15,042 nt of DNA, from positions 1 through 15,042 of the forward strand of contig CAVYVF010000020.1 in the NCBI GenBank assembly GCA_963771885.1, in the 5' to 3' direction. The translations under genes and the position numbers were made by a program. The notes beneath the pieces are model-generated. The model searched no databases, was not told the DNA's origin, and was given only the letters and a program-made list of their open reading frames with translations. The stretch is from Candidatus Bathyarchaeota archaeon (lineage in GTDB: Archaea > Thermoproteota > Bathyarchaeia > TCS64). Shown here piece after piece: positions 1 to 9,261 of this stretch (positions are counted from its first letter, which is position 1; the number at the start of each line of letters is the position of its first letter).

Positions 1-170
1 GTATAGCTCAATTGCGCGCGTACCTGAGCGTTCAGTATCTGTGAATGATTTACCTTGGTGTGCGCTTTGTTAATTTGAGGACTATAATAAATATTATATT
101 TACATTATTTACTTCATAGACTGTTTGTGTCTCGCCTCCGATTTTCGTCGTAGTCTAAAATAAAGAGGGT

Positions 171-665
171 GTGTCAAACCGAATGGTTAAAACAGAAAAG
201 CTGCTCGAGCGCCTACTCGACGAGAAGAAGCTAAGTTACTGCCAAGACTGTGGGAGTTGTACCGGAAGTTGCCCAATGGCAAAAGCCCTTCCTGATAAAT
301 ACAACCCGCGTAGACTCTTGCAGAGGGTCTCGCAGGACCTCGCTGGGGTTTTAAAGAGCGAGGAGCTGTGGCTATGCGCCTGGTGTTATAGGTGTACCGA
401 GAGGTGTCCTAATGGGATTCAGCCCACAGAGATCTTTCTACTCGCTAGAAATCTGGCGTCAAGAGAGGGGTACATCCCTTCGAACCCGAAGGCTATTATG
501 AGGCAGATTATGAAGTCTGGGCGCTCAGTTCAGGTCCCCGAGGACTTTGACGAGTGGAGGGAGGGATACGGTCTACCTCCCATCGGAGTTACGATATCCC
601 AGAATGCACTTGATGAGCAGAGGAAAATTTTCGGGGAGAAAAACCTCAGGAGGCTCCAGTCGTGA
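171..665 (+). CDS. hdrC: Heterodisulfide reductase subunit C (2x[4Fe-4S])
   Basis: Two ferredoxin motifs, CQDCGSCTGSCP and (ELWL)CAWCYRCTERCP. Overlaps a CCG-domain gene by 4 nt (GTGA). The start could be ATG 183. Confidence 0.88.
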   Translation: MSNRMVKTEKLLERLLDEKKLSYCQDCGSCTGSCPMAKALPDKYNPRRLLQRVSQDLAGVLKSEELWLCAWCYRCTERCPNGIQPTEIFLLARNLASREGYIPSNPKAIMRQIMKSGRSVQVPEDFDEWREGYGLPPIGVTISQNALDEQRKIFGEKNLRRLQS

Positions 666-1549
666 CGGAGTATCTGCTCTACCCCGGTTGTGTGGCATCA
701 GTTAGGGAGCTCGGCTATGAGATGTCTATGCGCGCTGTATTCAAGGCTCTGGGTGCTTCGCTGAAGGGCAGAGATGACTTTAATTGCTGCATGCCTGCCT
801 GCCTCATTCACAGCGTAGACTATACGAAGGGCTTAGCTCTTACCACGCGTAACCTGGCGATCGCGGAGGAGGAGGAGCTGCCTCTGCTGACCCTTTGCTC
901 GAGCTGTTTCGGTAACCTCTCTAGAGCGAAGTATCTGCTGGATCATGATGCTGAACTTAGGGAGGATGTGAACAAGTCACTAGCTGAGGTAGGCAGGGAG
1001 TACAAGGGAACCGCTAAGGTTCAGCATGTTGTCACTGCTCTGTATGATGATTATACGCCGGAGGTGTTGATGAATCTAAGTTCTGAGCCTCTACACGGGT
1101 TAAAGGCTGCGCCTTTCTATGGTTGTCACCTTTTCCTCCCGCAGAGATATGCTAAATTTGATGATTCAGACTTCCCCGAGAAGCTGGGTCACCTAATCGA
1201 GATGACGGGGGCTGAGGCGGTTGATTATCATGAAAAGTCTAGCTGCTGTATAGGCTGTGGCTCCTTCTTTGGTGATGTCTCTGAGGATGCTTCCCTGAAG
1301 CTTGCGGAGGTTATACTCGACGATGTTAAGAAGTCTGGTGCTGACGCGGTTGTGGCTACCTGCCCATTCTGCATGATGCAGCTCGAGGTGGGGCAGATGA
1401 AGCTCAGGGAGAAGGGTAAGCATTATGATCTGCCCATCTTCCATTTCGTTGATATCCTCGGTTTATCTATGGGTCTTAAGCCGGAGGAGTTGGGACTGAG
1501 TTTGAGAAGAGTAGATTCATCTCAGCTTCTTGAGAAGCTAGGTCGATGA
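662..1549 (+). CDS. hdrB: Heterodisulfide reductase subunit B (two CCG domains)
   Basis: YPGC...NCC...LCSSC and FYGC...SCC...ATCPFC patterns, RNLAIAE motif and C-terminal LPIFHFVDILGLSMG. Translationally coupled to hdrC. Confidence 0.9.
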   Translation: MTEYLLYPGCVASVRELGYEMSMRAVFKALGASLKGRDDFNCCMPACLIHSVDYTKGLALTTRNLAIAEEEELPLLTLCSSCFGNLSRAKYLLDHDAELREDVNKSLAEVGREYKGTAKVQHVVTALYDDYTPEVLMNLSSEPLHGLKAAPFYGCHLFLPQRYAKFDDSDFPEKLGHLIEMTGAEAVDYHEKSSCCIGCGSFFGDVSEDASLKLAEVILDDVKKSGADAVVATCPFCMMQLEVGQMKLREKGKHYDLPIFHFVDILGLSMGLKPEELGLSLRRVDSSQLLEKLGR

Positions 1550-1639
1550 AGATTGTCTGCCCACGTAGCGCTAACTTCGTTATGTTTAACGTCATCGATG
1601 TTGGGGTTCAGGTGGAGGTGACCCGCACTCACTAAGATA

Positions 1640-2326
1640 TCATACATTAAGTTGGCCTGATTTTTTTTCCCTAACTACCTCACCTAAACGATGCGCGATA
1701 ACCTCAGCCTTCCTATAAGCCTCTGGGTTTACGCGGGGAAGAATACTCTCACGAATCTGGTCAATAAACCCGTGACGAGAAACAACTGAGCCAGCCGCGC
1801 ACCCCTCACCAAAACCACACTGATAACATTGACTTACTCCAGCAACCTTCAACGTGCCAACTGGCTCCGCCATATAATTGCTGCGAAACACCTTTCGAAT
1901 AAAATCCTCAACAACTGGATCATCCTCACTACCCGTCGTCACAATGACGTTCAGCTTACCTGCCAGCTTGAACCTCTCCCTGTGGCGGAGGCTAAAAGTA
2001 CGCTCCAGGAAAGCGTGACCCAGCCCATTAATAACCCCAAAATAGTTTGGTGCGCCGAACACTACCGCATCCGCTTTAAACATTAAATCCCGTATGGTGG
2101 CCCAGTCATCCTCTAACACGCAAATGTTATTCTCAGCGCATCCGCAGCAGCCGGTGCAGCCTCGTATAGTCTTCCCCGCTAGACTCACGAATTCAGTTGG
2201 CTCCCCCGACTTCGCTAGGATGTACTTCACAATCTCCTCTGTGAGTCCATGCGTTAGTGTCCCGGATTCATTTCGTTGAACGTTCCTTCCACTCGCGGAT
2301 ATACCTAGAATCATAATGTCCCTCAT
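1640..2326 (-). CDS. Iron-sulfur flavoprotein / NADPH-dependent FMN reductase (flavodoxin-like) family
   Basis: N-terminal ILGISASGR, Cx2Cx2Cx5C (CTGCCGCAENNIC), DDW..I...ADAVVFGAPNYFG and FLER. ATGA overlap with the upstream gene. Confidence 0.85.
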   Translation of the reverse strand: MRDIMILGISASGRNVQRNESGTLTHGLTEEIVKYILAKSGEPTEFVSLAGKTIRGCTGCCGCAENNICVLEDDWATIRDLMFKADAVVFGAPNYFGVINGLGHAFLERTFSLRHRERFKLAGKLNVIVTTGSEDDPVVEDFIRKVFRSNYMAEPVGTLKVAGVSQCYQCGFGEGCAAGSVVSRHGFIDQIRESILPRVNPEAYRKAEVIAHRLGEVVREKKSGQLNV

Positions 2327-2934
2327 TGACCAGAGGGCTGTGCCCTCTTCTTCATGTACTCGGCGTCGGCTTTTTCTCTGCTTAGTGGCATAACCACGAT
2401 TTCTCTAAGCTTGAAGTCAAGTGGCTTCGATGAATCCTGAGCCTCAAGGACCACTGCGGTGTCAAGTCCGCTGTGGCTACCAGCGAGGCTTATTACACGT
2501 TCGCCTGGGGTTAAGATGCCGGCGTCGGTAGCCTTCAGAACTATTTCCACGTTGACCTTTATCTTGAGGGTTGAAAGCGTCTGGGTGATTATGCTAATGG
2601 GTGAATGTCCAAGTCTGTCCCTTTGTCGGATGCTGTTTGTTAGGACGTCAGATCCTAGACTTATCTGTGCACCATGAGTTTTGAGTTTCTCGATGTTTTC
2701 GGGTTTGAATCTTTGGCCTGGCACTGGGAAACCATACTGATGTCCAACAGCAATTATTGTGATCCCTGATCCTTTGACTCTCTCGGCAGCCTCACATGCA
2801 GAGTGACCCGAGGTGCTTGCGACTACCATCTTGTTAATTCCAAGATTAATTGCGGCTTCCTTTGCGGCTTCAATTGTTGCTGAGGTATGCTCTGGTCCGC
2901 CTTCATCGAAATAAGTTATCTTAGATGTCGTCAA
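2323..2934 (-). CDS. MTH1675/COG1751-like protein (pyruvate kinase C-terminal-like fold)
   Basis: KITYFDEGGPEHT, MVVASTSG.SA, VGHQYGF, VEIVLKATDAG and GSHSGLDTAVV are typical of this archaeal family. TTG 2934 chosen as start; the ORF extends to 2961. Confidence 0.82.
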   Translation of the reverse strand: MTTSKITYFDEGGPEHTSATIEAAKEAAINLGINKMVVASTSGHSACEAAERVKGSGITIIAVGHQYGFPVPGQRFKPENIEKLKTHGAQISLGSDVLTNSIRQRDRLGHSPISIITQTLSTLKIKVNVEIVLKATDAGILTPGERVISLAGSHSGLDTAVVLEAQDSSKPLDFKLREIVVMPLSREKADAEYMKKRAQPSGQ

Positions 2935-3000
2935 TTGCTCTCGGGTATAATGTATGTGCACGCCATAAAGTATTCTAACCCGCCAGATCCCACTTTAAAG

Positions 3001-4239
3001 ATGCTTGAGAGTCTCACAGAAGAGGAGAGGCGGAGCCTATTCGGGGCGGCATTGATCTGTATCGCCATATTCTTCGCTGACGCTAGCCACAGCCTTGTGA
3101 TCCCTATCTTCCCAGCGTTCGCACAGGAGCACGGGGCGAGCCTGATCATGATCGGGCTCTACGGTTCGGCGATCGGTGTCGCCATGGCACTACTCTCTGT
3201 CCCGATCGGCAGCATCAGTGACAGGTCGGTCGTAAAGTGGTTCTATCGATAGGATTTGCCCTATTCACTTTTGTGCCACTTATCTACATCGTCGCCTCAA
3301 CTACGCTGCACCTACTCGTCGCGAGGCTCATCCTTGGCATCGCAATGGGCTCGACGTTCGGACTTGGGTTTCGTATGGGTGACCGAGGAGGCGAAGGGCG
3401 AAGCGAGAGTGATCGCGCAGGGAATATACATGACAGCAATGGGAATTGGATTCACTATTGGACCAATAATTGGAGGATACGCCTCGACGACTTGGGGGTA
3501 TAACGCCGCCTTCATCGCGAGCAGCCTACTAGGATTATGCGGGCTCGCCTCAATTCTATTAGCTAAGAGTGGAACCCCGCAAAGGCACTCGCCTGCCAAC
3601 AAAATTGGTATACGGGAGACTCTCTCAGACCCAAGGGTGCTCGCGGCGGGACTTACAAACTTCATAAACACGCTCCTCTACAACGCCTTGAGCACGTTCT
3701 TCCCACTTTACGGTCTCTTTGTTGGGCTCAACTCGGCGCAGGTAGGTCTCGGCTTCACCGTCAGGGGATTATTCTCGACGATCATAAGGTACCCTGCCAA
3801 TATAGCCATGAAGGGGCGTACAACCTTTCTGCTACTTGTGGGCGGCTTGGTGGCGCAGGCAGCCATGATTTTTATCCTTGCATCGAGTCGGTCTCTGAAC
3901 ATGATCCTCGTTTTTCTCGCTGTCCAAGGTGTAATGTATGGGATCTCTCTCACCGCCGGAAACGTCTACGTTACATCTGAGGCTCCACCCGAGCAGAAAG
4001 GTGCAGCTATGGGCGTCTACCAGAGCTTCTCAAACGCAAGCAGCGTGTTATCTCCAATAATACTTGGGGGAGTCGCATCATCTTATGGCGTTGCCTCCTC
4101 ACTTCAACTCGCAGCTACGGTCGCTATACTGGGAACAATCCTGTGTGTATTTCTCAGCGCTCGAGCACATTCTAAAGATTCACCTGTCAACGCGCGCGAG
4201 TTGTACCGAGGGCAATCTAACGCTAAGATTTCTGAATAG
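3001..4239 (+). CDS. MFS transporter (DHA1-like), frameshifted near 3230-3250 and ~3360
   Basis: Hydrophobic helices are spread over three ORFs (2887-3252, 3237-3503, 3256-4239). Motif-A-like GSISDR, motif-B-like ARLILGIA, GFTIGPIIGG and KGAAMGVY. Confidence 0.8.
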
Positions 4240-4347
4240 TAAAGAGATACGCGCGCATGCACCACTCTAGCACAAATACCAGAGTAATTACTTGTGTACA
4301 TGCAATAACTACTTTAACCCCGAGATGCGAACTATGAAAAGACTTTA

Positions 4348-5564
4348 GTGACCGCTACTCAAGAGATGAACAAAGGTCTACAAGTCCTTCTGCTGGCTAT
4401 ATTCGTGGCTATGCTTGGGTTGGGAATAGTTGGACCCTATACTACCTATCTACGCAGAGAGTTTCGGTGCATCATTCATCCAGATCGGGTTACTCAGCTC
4501 AGCTTGGAGCATCAGCCGATTCATATTCAGTACACCTGCGGGTCGGCTGAGCGACAACACTAGTAAGAAGCGGGTAATTCAGGGTGGATTGCTGATCTAC
4601 AGGTAGTATCAATTCTATACGTGCTGTGCAACTGACTATAACTGCTGCTTGCTGTCAGGTTTATTCACGGTATAGGCTCCGCGATGGCTTCACCCATCGC
4701 TATGGCTTACGCCGCTGAGCTCTGCGCCGAAGGGTCAGGAGGGCAAGTATATGGGGACTATGAACCTCGCGATGTTTCTTGGGCATGGGTATAGGGCCCC
4801 TCATCGGCGGCACGATGTCTGACTGTATTCAATTTGAGCACTCCCGTTCTACGTGATGGGGGCGTTGACGGCATTGAGTCTTCTGGCAACCACAGTATAT
4901 CTTGAGGATAAGAAGATGGATCCACGTGATCGGATGAAGCGTCCTTCGCTGCCTTGATTTGCTTAAGAATAAAACGCTTCTTGCCTGCTTCATATACCGT
5001 GCAGTGAACAGCCTGGGAAATAGCAGCATAATGGGTTTTCTAAGCCTCTATATGGTTTCCACGCTTGTTAACGGCGGATTGGGTTTGAGCATAACTGAGG
5101 CTGGTTGGGTGCTCTCAATCGGTTCAAATAGGGGGAGCGTTGATGCAGAGGCCGAGCGGCAGCCTGGCTGATAGGTATCAACAAGGGTCATCTGATAATG
5201 TTGGGCGGAGTAGTAAGCAGCATAGGTATGGTTATGTTCGTGTTTTCCTCAACGTTCTATCACTGTATGGCTGCGCAACTCGTCTTCGGGTTGGGCACTG
5301 CGTTGATTTCACCCTCACTAGCCAGTATAGCGGCCATTGAGGGCAGACGGTATGGTTCAGGCACCACAATGAGCGCGCTCGAGAGCGCGATGAGTCTAGG
5401 GATGATGGCTGGTCCTCTGAGTTTCAGGGGTGCTAGCAGACTCGTTCAGCATGCACCTCATCTTCTGGGTAGGCTCGGGTATATCCTTCTTCGGCATCAT
5501 CGTCTTCTATACGCTGCTGGGCAGAAGTTATACCCCCCAATATGTTGAAAGTGGGCAAATCTAA
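4348..5564 (+). CDS. Second MFS transporter, multiply frameshifted (sequencing error or pseudogene)
   Basis: Fragments LLLAIFVAMLGLGIVGP, AGRLSD, VRFIHGIGS, SGSLADRY and MMAGPL. The final frame reads SGVLADSFSMHLIFWVGSGISFFGIIVFYTLL to TAA 5562-5564. Start is GTG 4348 or ATG 4366. Confidence 0.72.
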
Positions 5565-5810
5565 TAATTTTAAAAACAATGCCGCGTTCGTGATTAATCT
5601 TAGGGTCATTAAGTTGGTCTGCTGATTCACGCGTGCGAATAACTATAACGCTAACTAAAAGAACAATTGGCTTGAAGTGAGTTGAACTTGCGTGTACATT
5701 CGAATTTATTTAATTCAATTTACCAAAAATTATTTCGGCTACATAGCAGATATGCGATTTTTGGTTAAGATATGTTGTTTCTTCGCGCGCGTTAATAATC
5801 AAGATTGTTT

Positions 5811-7248
5811 TTACTTACCGCCACCGCTTCCCTTTCCGGATCCCCGCCGCCCTCACCTGATCCGCTTCCTCCCTGACCTGAGCCATAGTACTGCCCACCC
5901 TGCGAAGCGTCGCCGAAGAGACCGTTAGCACCCGAGTAGTCCCCCATCCTCATCCTCCTCATGCCCTCATTAACGAGCCCCTGGAGTTCCTGTATCTGAG
6001 CCTCTACAGTCGAAGCATCTTGGCCACGTCTTCTAAGCCTCTCTGCTACACCTTGCTGTACCTGTATCTGGCAGCGAATCATGTTAAGCTGTATCAGCCC
6101 TTGAGACAGGTCATCGTTCCCAAGATCACCCAAGCATAAGCGTAATCTACTCGATGCTTCCTCGAGACCACTGATCGCATCTCCGTCGAGGCCCTCCTGG
6201 AGGCGGTTCTCAGCCTGAGCGGTTAACCCGTTAGCCTCTTCAAGTCGCTGCCTAGCAGAGTTTATGTAAGAGGTTTGAATGTGGGCGCTTAGCTGATCAA
6301 GGTCATCACCTGACGAGCCTATTCGCTCACGTAGACGATTCGCGAACTGAGCAGCAAGGCCTCTCCTATAGTGGTTGAGGCTGGACTTGATGAGTTGCAT
6401 TGCTACTTGCAGGTCATTCTGAGCGGCCGTTAAAGCCTGAGCCGCCTCATCGTAGCTACCCTCCCCCATCTTTATTGAGGCTAACGCGAGGCTAGACTCA
6501 GCTGACTCTAATAACGTGGTTAGAGTCGGGAGGTTTGCGTCATCCTCATCGAGGTTTACAATCAACTCCGATACTTGGTCTAGTTTGTCGTTAAGATTCT
6601 CTAATCTGTGTGTTAAGGCCTCATTTTGGCTGGGGATGTACTCGTATCCCTCCGCGTCTCCTAAGGATAGTGCGAGGCCGTTTCTGAAGTGACGCATAGC
6701 ACGGTAGCCGCTTCAGCGGAGGCACCATAGAGTCCTTGAGCGTGCAGACTCTTAGCATCCGCGACGGCCTCCTGTCCCTGAGCCATCTCAGAGTTCGCCG
6801 CCGCTGGCACGATGTAGCCTAGTGCTATGATTTCTCTCATGGTTCCCCCGGCTAAGGCCTGGGATCCCTCCGCAGATTCGATTAGCTGCCTCGCAATCTC
6901 GCCGATGGAGCTAGTAGTAACCGTGAAGAATGCTTCACTCGACAAATCGCCACTTGTAGCAGCAACTTTGTAGACTCCCAATGCGGCATCCGAGGGCAGA
7001 GTATACGTCGATTCATATACACCTGTCGAGTCCGCCTTCACCTCAACATCGTATATTTGTATAGCGTCAACCTATATCGATAAATCGAGAACTGCATCGG
7101 CTGGAGATGTTCCATTGATAGTAACGACGCTTCCAACACTATAGTAAGCTTGGCCGGTTTGAACCGTGAGCGCATCGGCGAAAGCAATATGCGCTACAGG
7201 CAGCATTAGCAGTGCAGCTAAGATCACCGCCATTATACTCCTTCTCAT
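5811..7248 (-). CDS. Large secreted protein: signal peptide, Ig-like (MG2-type) beta domain, long alpha-helical repeats, Gly/Ser-rich tail (reconstructed across indels)
   Basis: MRRSIMAVILAALLMLPVAHIAFA signal; TVQTGQAYYSVGSVVTING...YTLPSDAALGVYKV beta sandwich; Ala/Leu/Glu/Gln-rich helices. Breaks at ~7073, ~6700 and ~5845. Adding one G to the G-run gives GGGGSGKGSGGGK-TAA(5811-5813); otherwise the stop is 5792. GGTGA SD-like sequence lies upstream of ATG 7248. Confidence 0.7.
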
Positions 7249-7309
7249 CCGCTTATCACCTGTAATATGCCTGTTATTGTGTCTACTTGAGGAACATGGA
7301 CTATTGTTT

Positions 7310-7325
7310 TGGAACACTTGTTCCA
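7310..7325. promoter_or_regulatory. Palindromic operator copy 1, TGGAACA-CT-TGTTCCA
   Basis: Perfect 7-2-7 inverted repeat abutting the inferred regulator stop codon, ~60 bp upstream of ATG 7248. An extra half-site GGAACA lies at 7291-7296. Confidence 0.75.
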
Positions 7326-8629
7326 TCATTCTTGGGCCTCCCGGTACTTTTTGACGACGGAGATGAGGCTTTGGCCACCGATTTTTTCTCCTCAAGGATG
7401 CCCATAGATATTAGTCGCCTTATCATCCTCCATGTGCTGGTTCGGGGTATATCGAAGCGGTCCCTGATTCGCGTTGGCAAACACCTGGCCTCGATGCTCG
7501 GCAATGAACCTTAAAACCTCCTTATCGTTGACTCGGAGCTCGGTGTGTTTCTTGAATATAGCTTCCAAGTTCACAGCGCTATCGTCGGTTCTCCTCGGAA
7601 GTCGCCTGCTGAGTTGGTGTAGGCTTAGTAGGTTCCTCTTTTCGCCTCTTATAGTAGAGAAATATACCAACAGCAGCCAAGGTAATGGCTACAGCGCCGC
7701 CGATGATGAAGATGTAATTGACCTCTGATTTTGATGTTGATGCAGATACGTACGATACATCGGCTTTTGTTTTTGCCTCCGAGTAGGCGCCTGAGGAGTA
7801 TTTGCTCTGCGCGTCTGCGAGGGAGGCTTCAGCCTCAGCTAGGTTGGATGTCCTTCCCTCATTCTTCGCCGTTTGGATTGCGGTTGATGCGTCTTGTATT
7901 GCAGATTTTGCCGCCTGCGCCGCTTCGTCAATATTTAGCGCCAGGTTTTCCGCCTGGGCGGCAAGCTGCTCGGCGCTTAGATATCTGTTGCGTTAAATCG
8001 CTGTCTTCGCCTGAGCCAGCAGGTATTCGGCCTCCGTGGTTATGACGCCTTTATCCTTCACCATCTCGATTGCCGCTTCAGCGTCCTGAATAATGGACTC
8101 GGCGTGATCCTTCACAGCCGTTGCAGAGACTACGTAGGATACTTGGTTGTTGCCAAGAGGCAGAGTAATTTGGGTTCTCTCATTCACGGTTTTGACGCTT
8201 AAAGGTATCTGGCTAATGCTCGACGATCGTGGCTCCGGAGGGCATTGTAACCAAAAAGTTCGCCGGAGAAGTAACATTAAGGGTCCAAAGTATACCGATC
8301 TTCGATGTGAACTCAGGAGTAGAGTAGGTGAAGGTAAGCTTCGAGGATCCTAGGGAGTCAAACGTGATATTTGAGACTGAAACTGTTGAAACGAGTGGAA
8401 TTCCCAGCTCGTTCACTACAAAAAGATCTGTGAATGTTGATCCGAATAGTGAGATCGTTACTCTGGCTAGCGATGGGTCCACGTCGACTCCGTATGTTAT
8501 CGCAGTGGTGCCGTCAGCGTATACGAATGCGGTGAGACTCTTTGAAATATACTCTGAGGAAAATGCGCAGGGAGCCATCAGCGTCAATAAGGATAGTCCG
8601 AGAAGGAGAGCGGCGCCTGCATGCTTCAT
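7326..8629 (-). CDS. Membrane-anchored transcriptional regulator (COG2512-like): signal peptide, extracellular beta + helical domains, TM helix, C-terminal winged HTH (reconstructed)
   Basis: MKHAGAALLLGLSLLTLMAPCAFS signal; TM YIFIIGGAVAITLAAVGIFLYY followed by KRRK (7651-7716, missing from the ORF track). C-terminus reads LRVNDKEVLRFIAEHRGQVF..IRDRFDIPRTSTWRMIRRLISMGILEEKKIGGQSLISV. Breaks at ~8220, ~7995, ~7590, ~7470 and ~7385. Confidence 0.75.
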
Positions 8630-8658
8630 GTACAACTGGTTCAATCCACGACCTTCTG

Positions 8659-8667
8659 TTTATAAAA
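8659..8667 (-). promoter_or_regulatory. Archaeal TATA box for the regulator gene
   Basis: TTTTATAAA on the minus strand ~30 nt upstream of ATG 8629. Confidence 0.55.
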
Positions 8668-8692
8668 CAATTGAAGCGGGGATTAGGATATT

Positions 8693-8710
8693 GTGGAACA
8701 GTCGTTCCAC
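8693..8710. promoter_or_regulatory. Palindromic operator copy 2, GTGGAAC-AGTC-GTTCCAC
   Basis: Inverted repeat in the divergent intergenic region. A TATA-like TTTAATTT (8719-8726) starts 10 bp after the 16-bp core. Confidence 0.75.
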
Positions 8711-8758
8711 GCTTGCCCTTTAATTTTACCGATAGTCTGCTATAGGCGGCGACAAATA

Positions 8759-9109
8759 ATGAAGACGCTAAAAATCTTCGGAATATTCGCGCTGCTACTT
8801 GTGGCAGGCGCGTTTGTTGTTCCCGCGCTCGCACAGCAGATGCAGAGCCGCTCCCAGCTAGGCGACGGTGATGGTGTATGCGACTGCGATGGCGTGTGCG
8901 ATGGCACTTGTGACGGTGTTTGCGATAAGGACGGTGATGGCGTCCCTGACCAGACTAGGTCTAGGACTAGGGACTGCAGCTGCGACGGCTCACAGACCCA
9001 GGATGGGCTGCAGAAGGGGGACATGACGCAGACCCGTAGCAGGCTCTGTCAAGTAGCAGATCAGTTGAAGACCCAGCAGAGGATCCAGCTTAAAGACCAG
9101 AGCTGCTGA
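8759..9109 (+). CDS. Small secreted Cys/Asp/Gln-rich protein (116 aa)
   Basis: Signal peptide MKTLKIFGIFALLLVAGAFVVPALA, CDGx tandem repeats, DKDGDGVPD, QTRSR repeats and 9 Cys. Followed by a hairpin and T-run. Confidence 0.75.
   Translation: MKTLKIFGIFALLLVAGAFVVPALAQQMQSRSQLGDGDGVCDCDGVCDGTCDGVCDKDGDGVPDQTRSRTRDCSCDGSQTQDGLQKGDMTQTRSRLCQVADQLKTQQRIQLKDQSC
8861..8950 (+). repeat. Intragenic 12-nt-period repeat encoding (C)DG(V/T)
   Basis: tgcgatggcgtg-tgcgatggcact-tgtgacggtgtt-tgcgat, with variation concentrated at synonymous positions. Confidence 0.7.
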
Positions 9110-9146
9110 ACTCGAATCTAGTCTGAGTTCCACTTTTTTTATTTTT
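9108..9146 (+). terminator. Hairpin plus oligo-T terminator
   Basis: GAACTC...GAGTTC stem followed by TTTTTTTATTTTT right after the stop codon. Confidence 0.6.
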
Positions 9147-9194
9147 AATTATTCGCGAAGTATTTTATTGATAGATTTTTAGTGAGCGTATATT

Positions 9195-9210
9195 TGGGAC
9201 AGGTGTTCCA
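9195..9210. promoter_or_regulatory. Palindromic operator copy 3, TGGGACA-GG-TGTTCCA
   Basis: One mismatch to consensus. Followed by CACTTGTCC and TTTTAGTT at the same spacing as copy 2. Confidence 0.72.
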
Positions 9211-9261
9211 CACTTGTCCTTTTAGTTAATGATATACACATTACTTGTGGAGGATGAAAAA

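Noticed and set aside
7072..7995. In-frame TAG (7072-7074) and TAA (7993-7995) as pyrrolysine or readthrough recoding
   Set aside because: Nearby compensating indels explain them more simply in this error-rich stretch, and no pyl genes are seen.
7474..8723. Plus-strand ORFs (7474, 7731, 7802, 8147, 8328, 8542)
   Set aside because: They are antisense shadows of the reconstructed regulator and have no recognisable motifs.
8740..9024. Minus-strand ORF with TPSQ/TPSH repeats resembling a mucin-like linker
   Set aside because: It is the antisense shadow of the CDGV repeat gene, which has the signal peptide, operator and terminator.
7310..9210. Three palindromic repeats as a possible CRISPR array or IS ends
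   Set aside because: They are only 16 bp, irregularly spaced by whole genes, and there is no cas gene or transposase.
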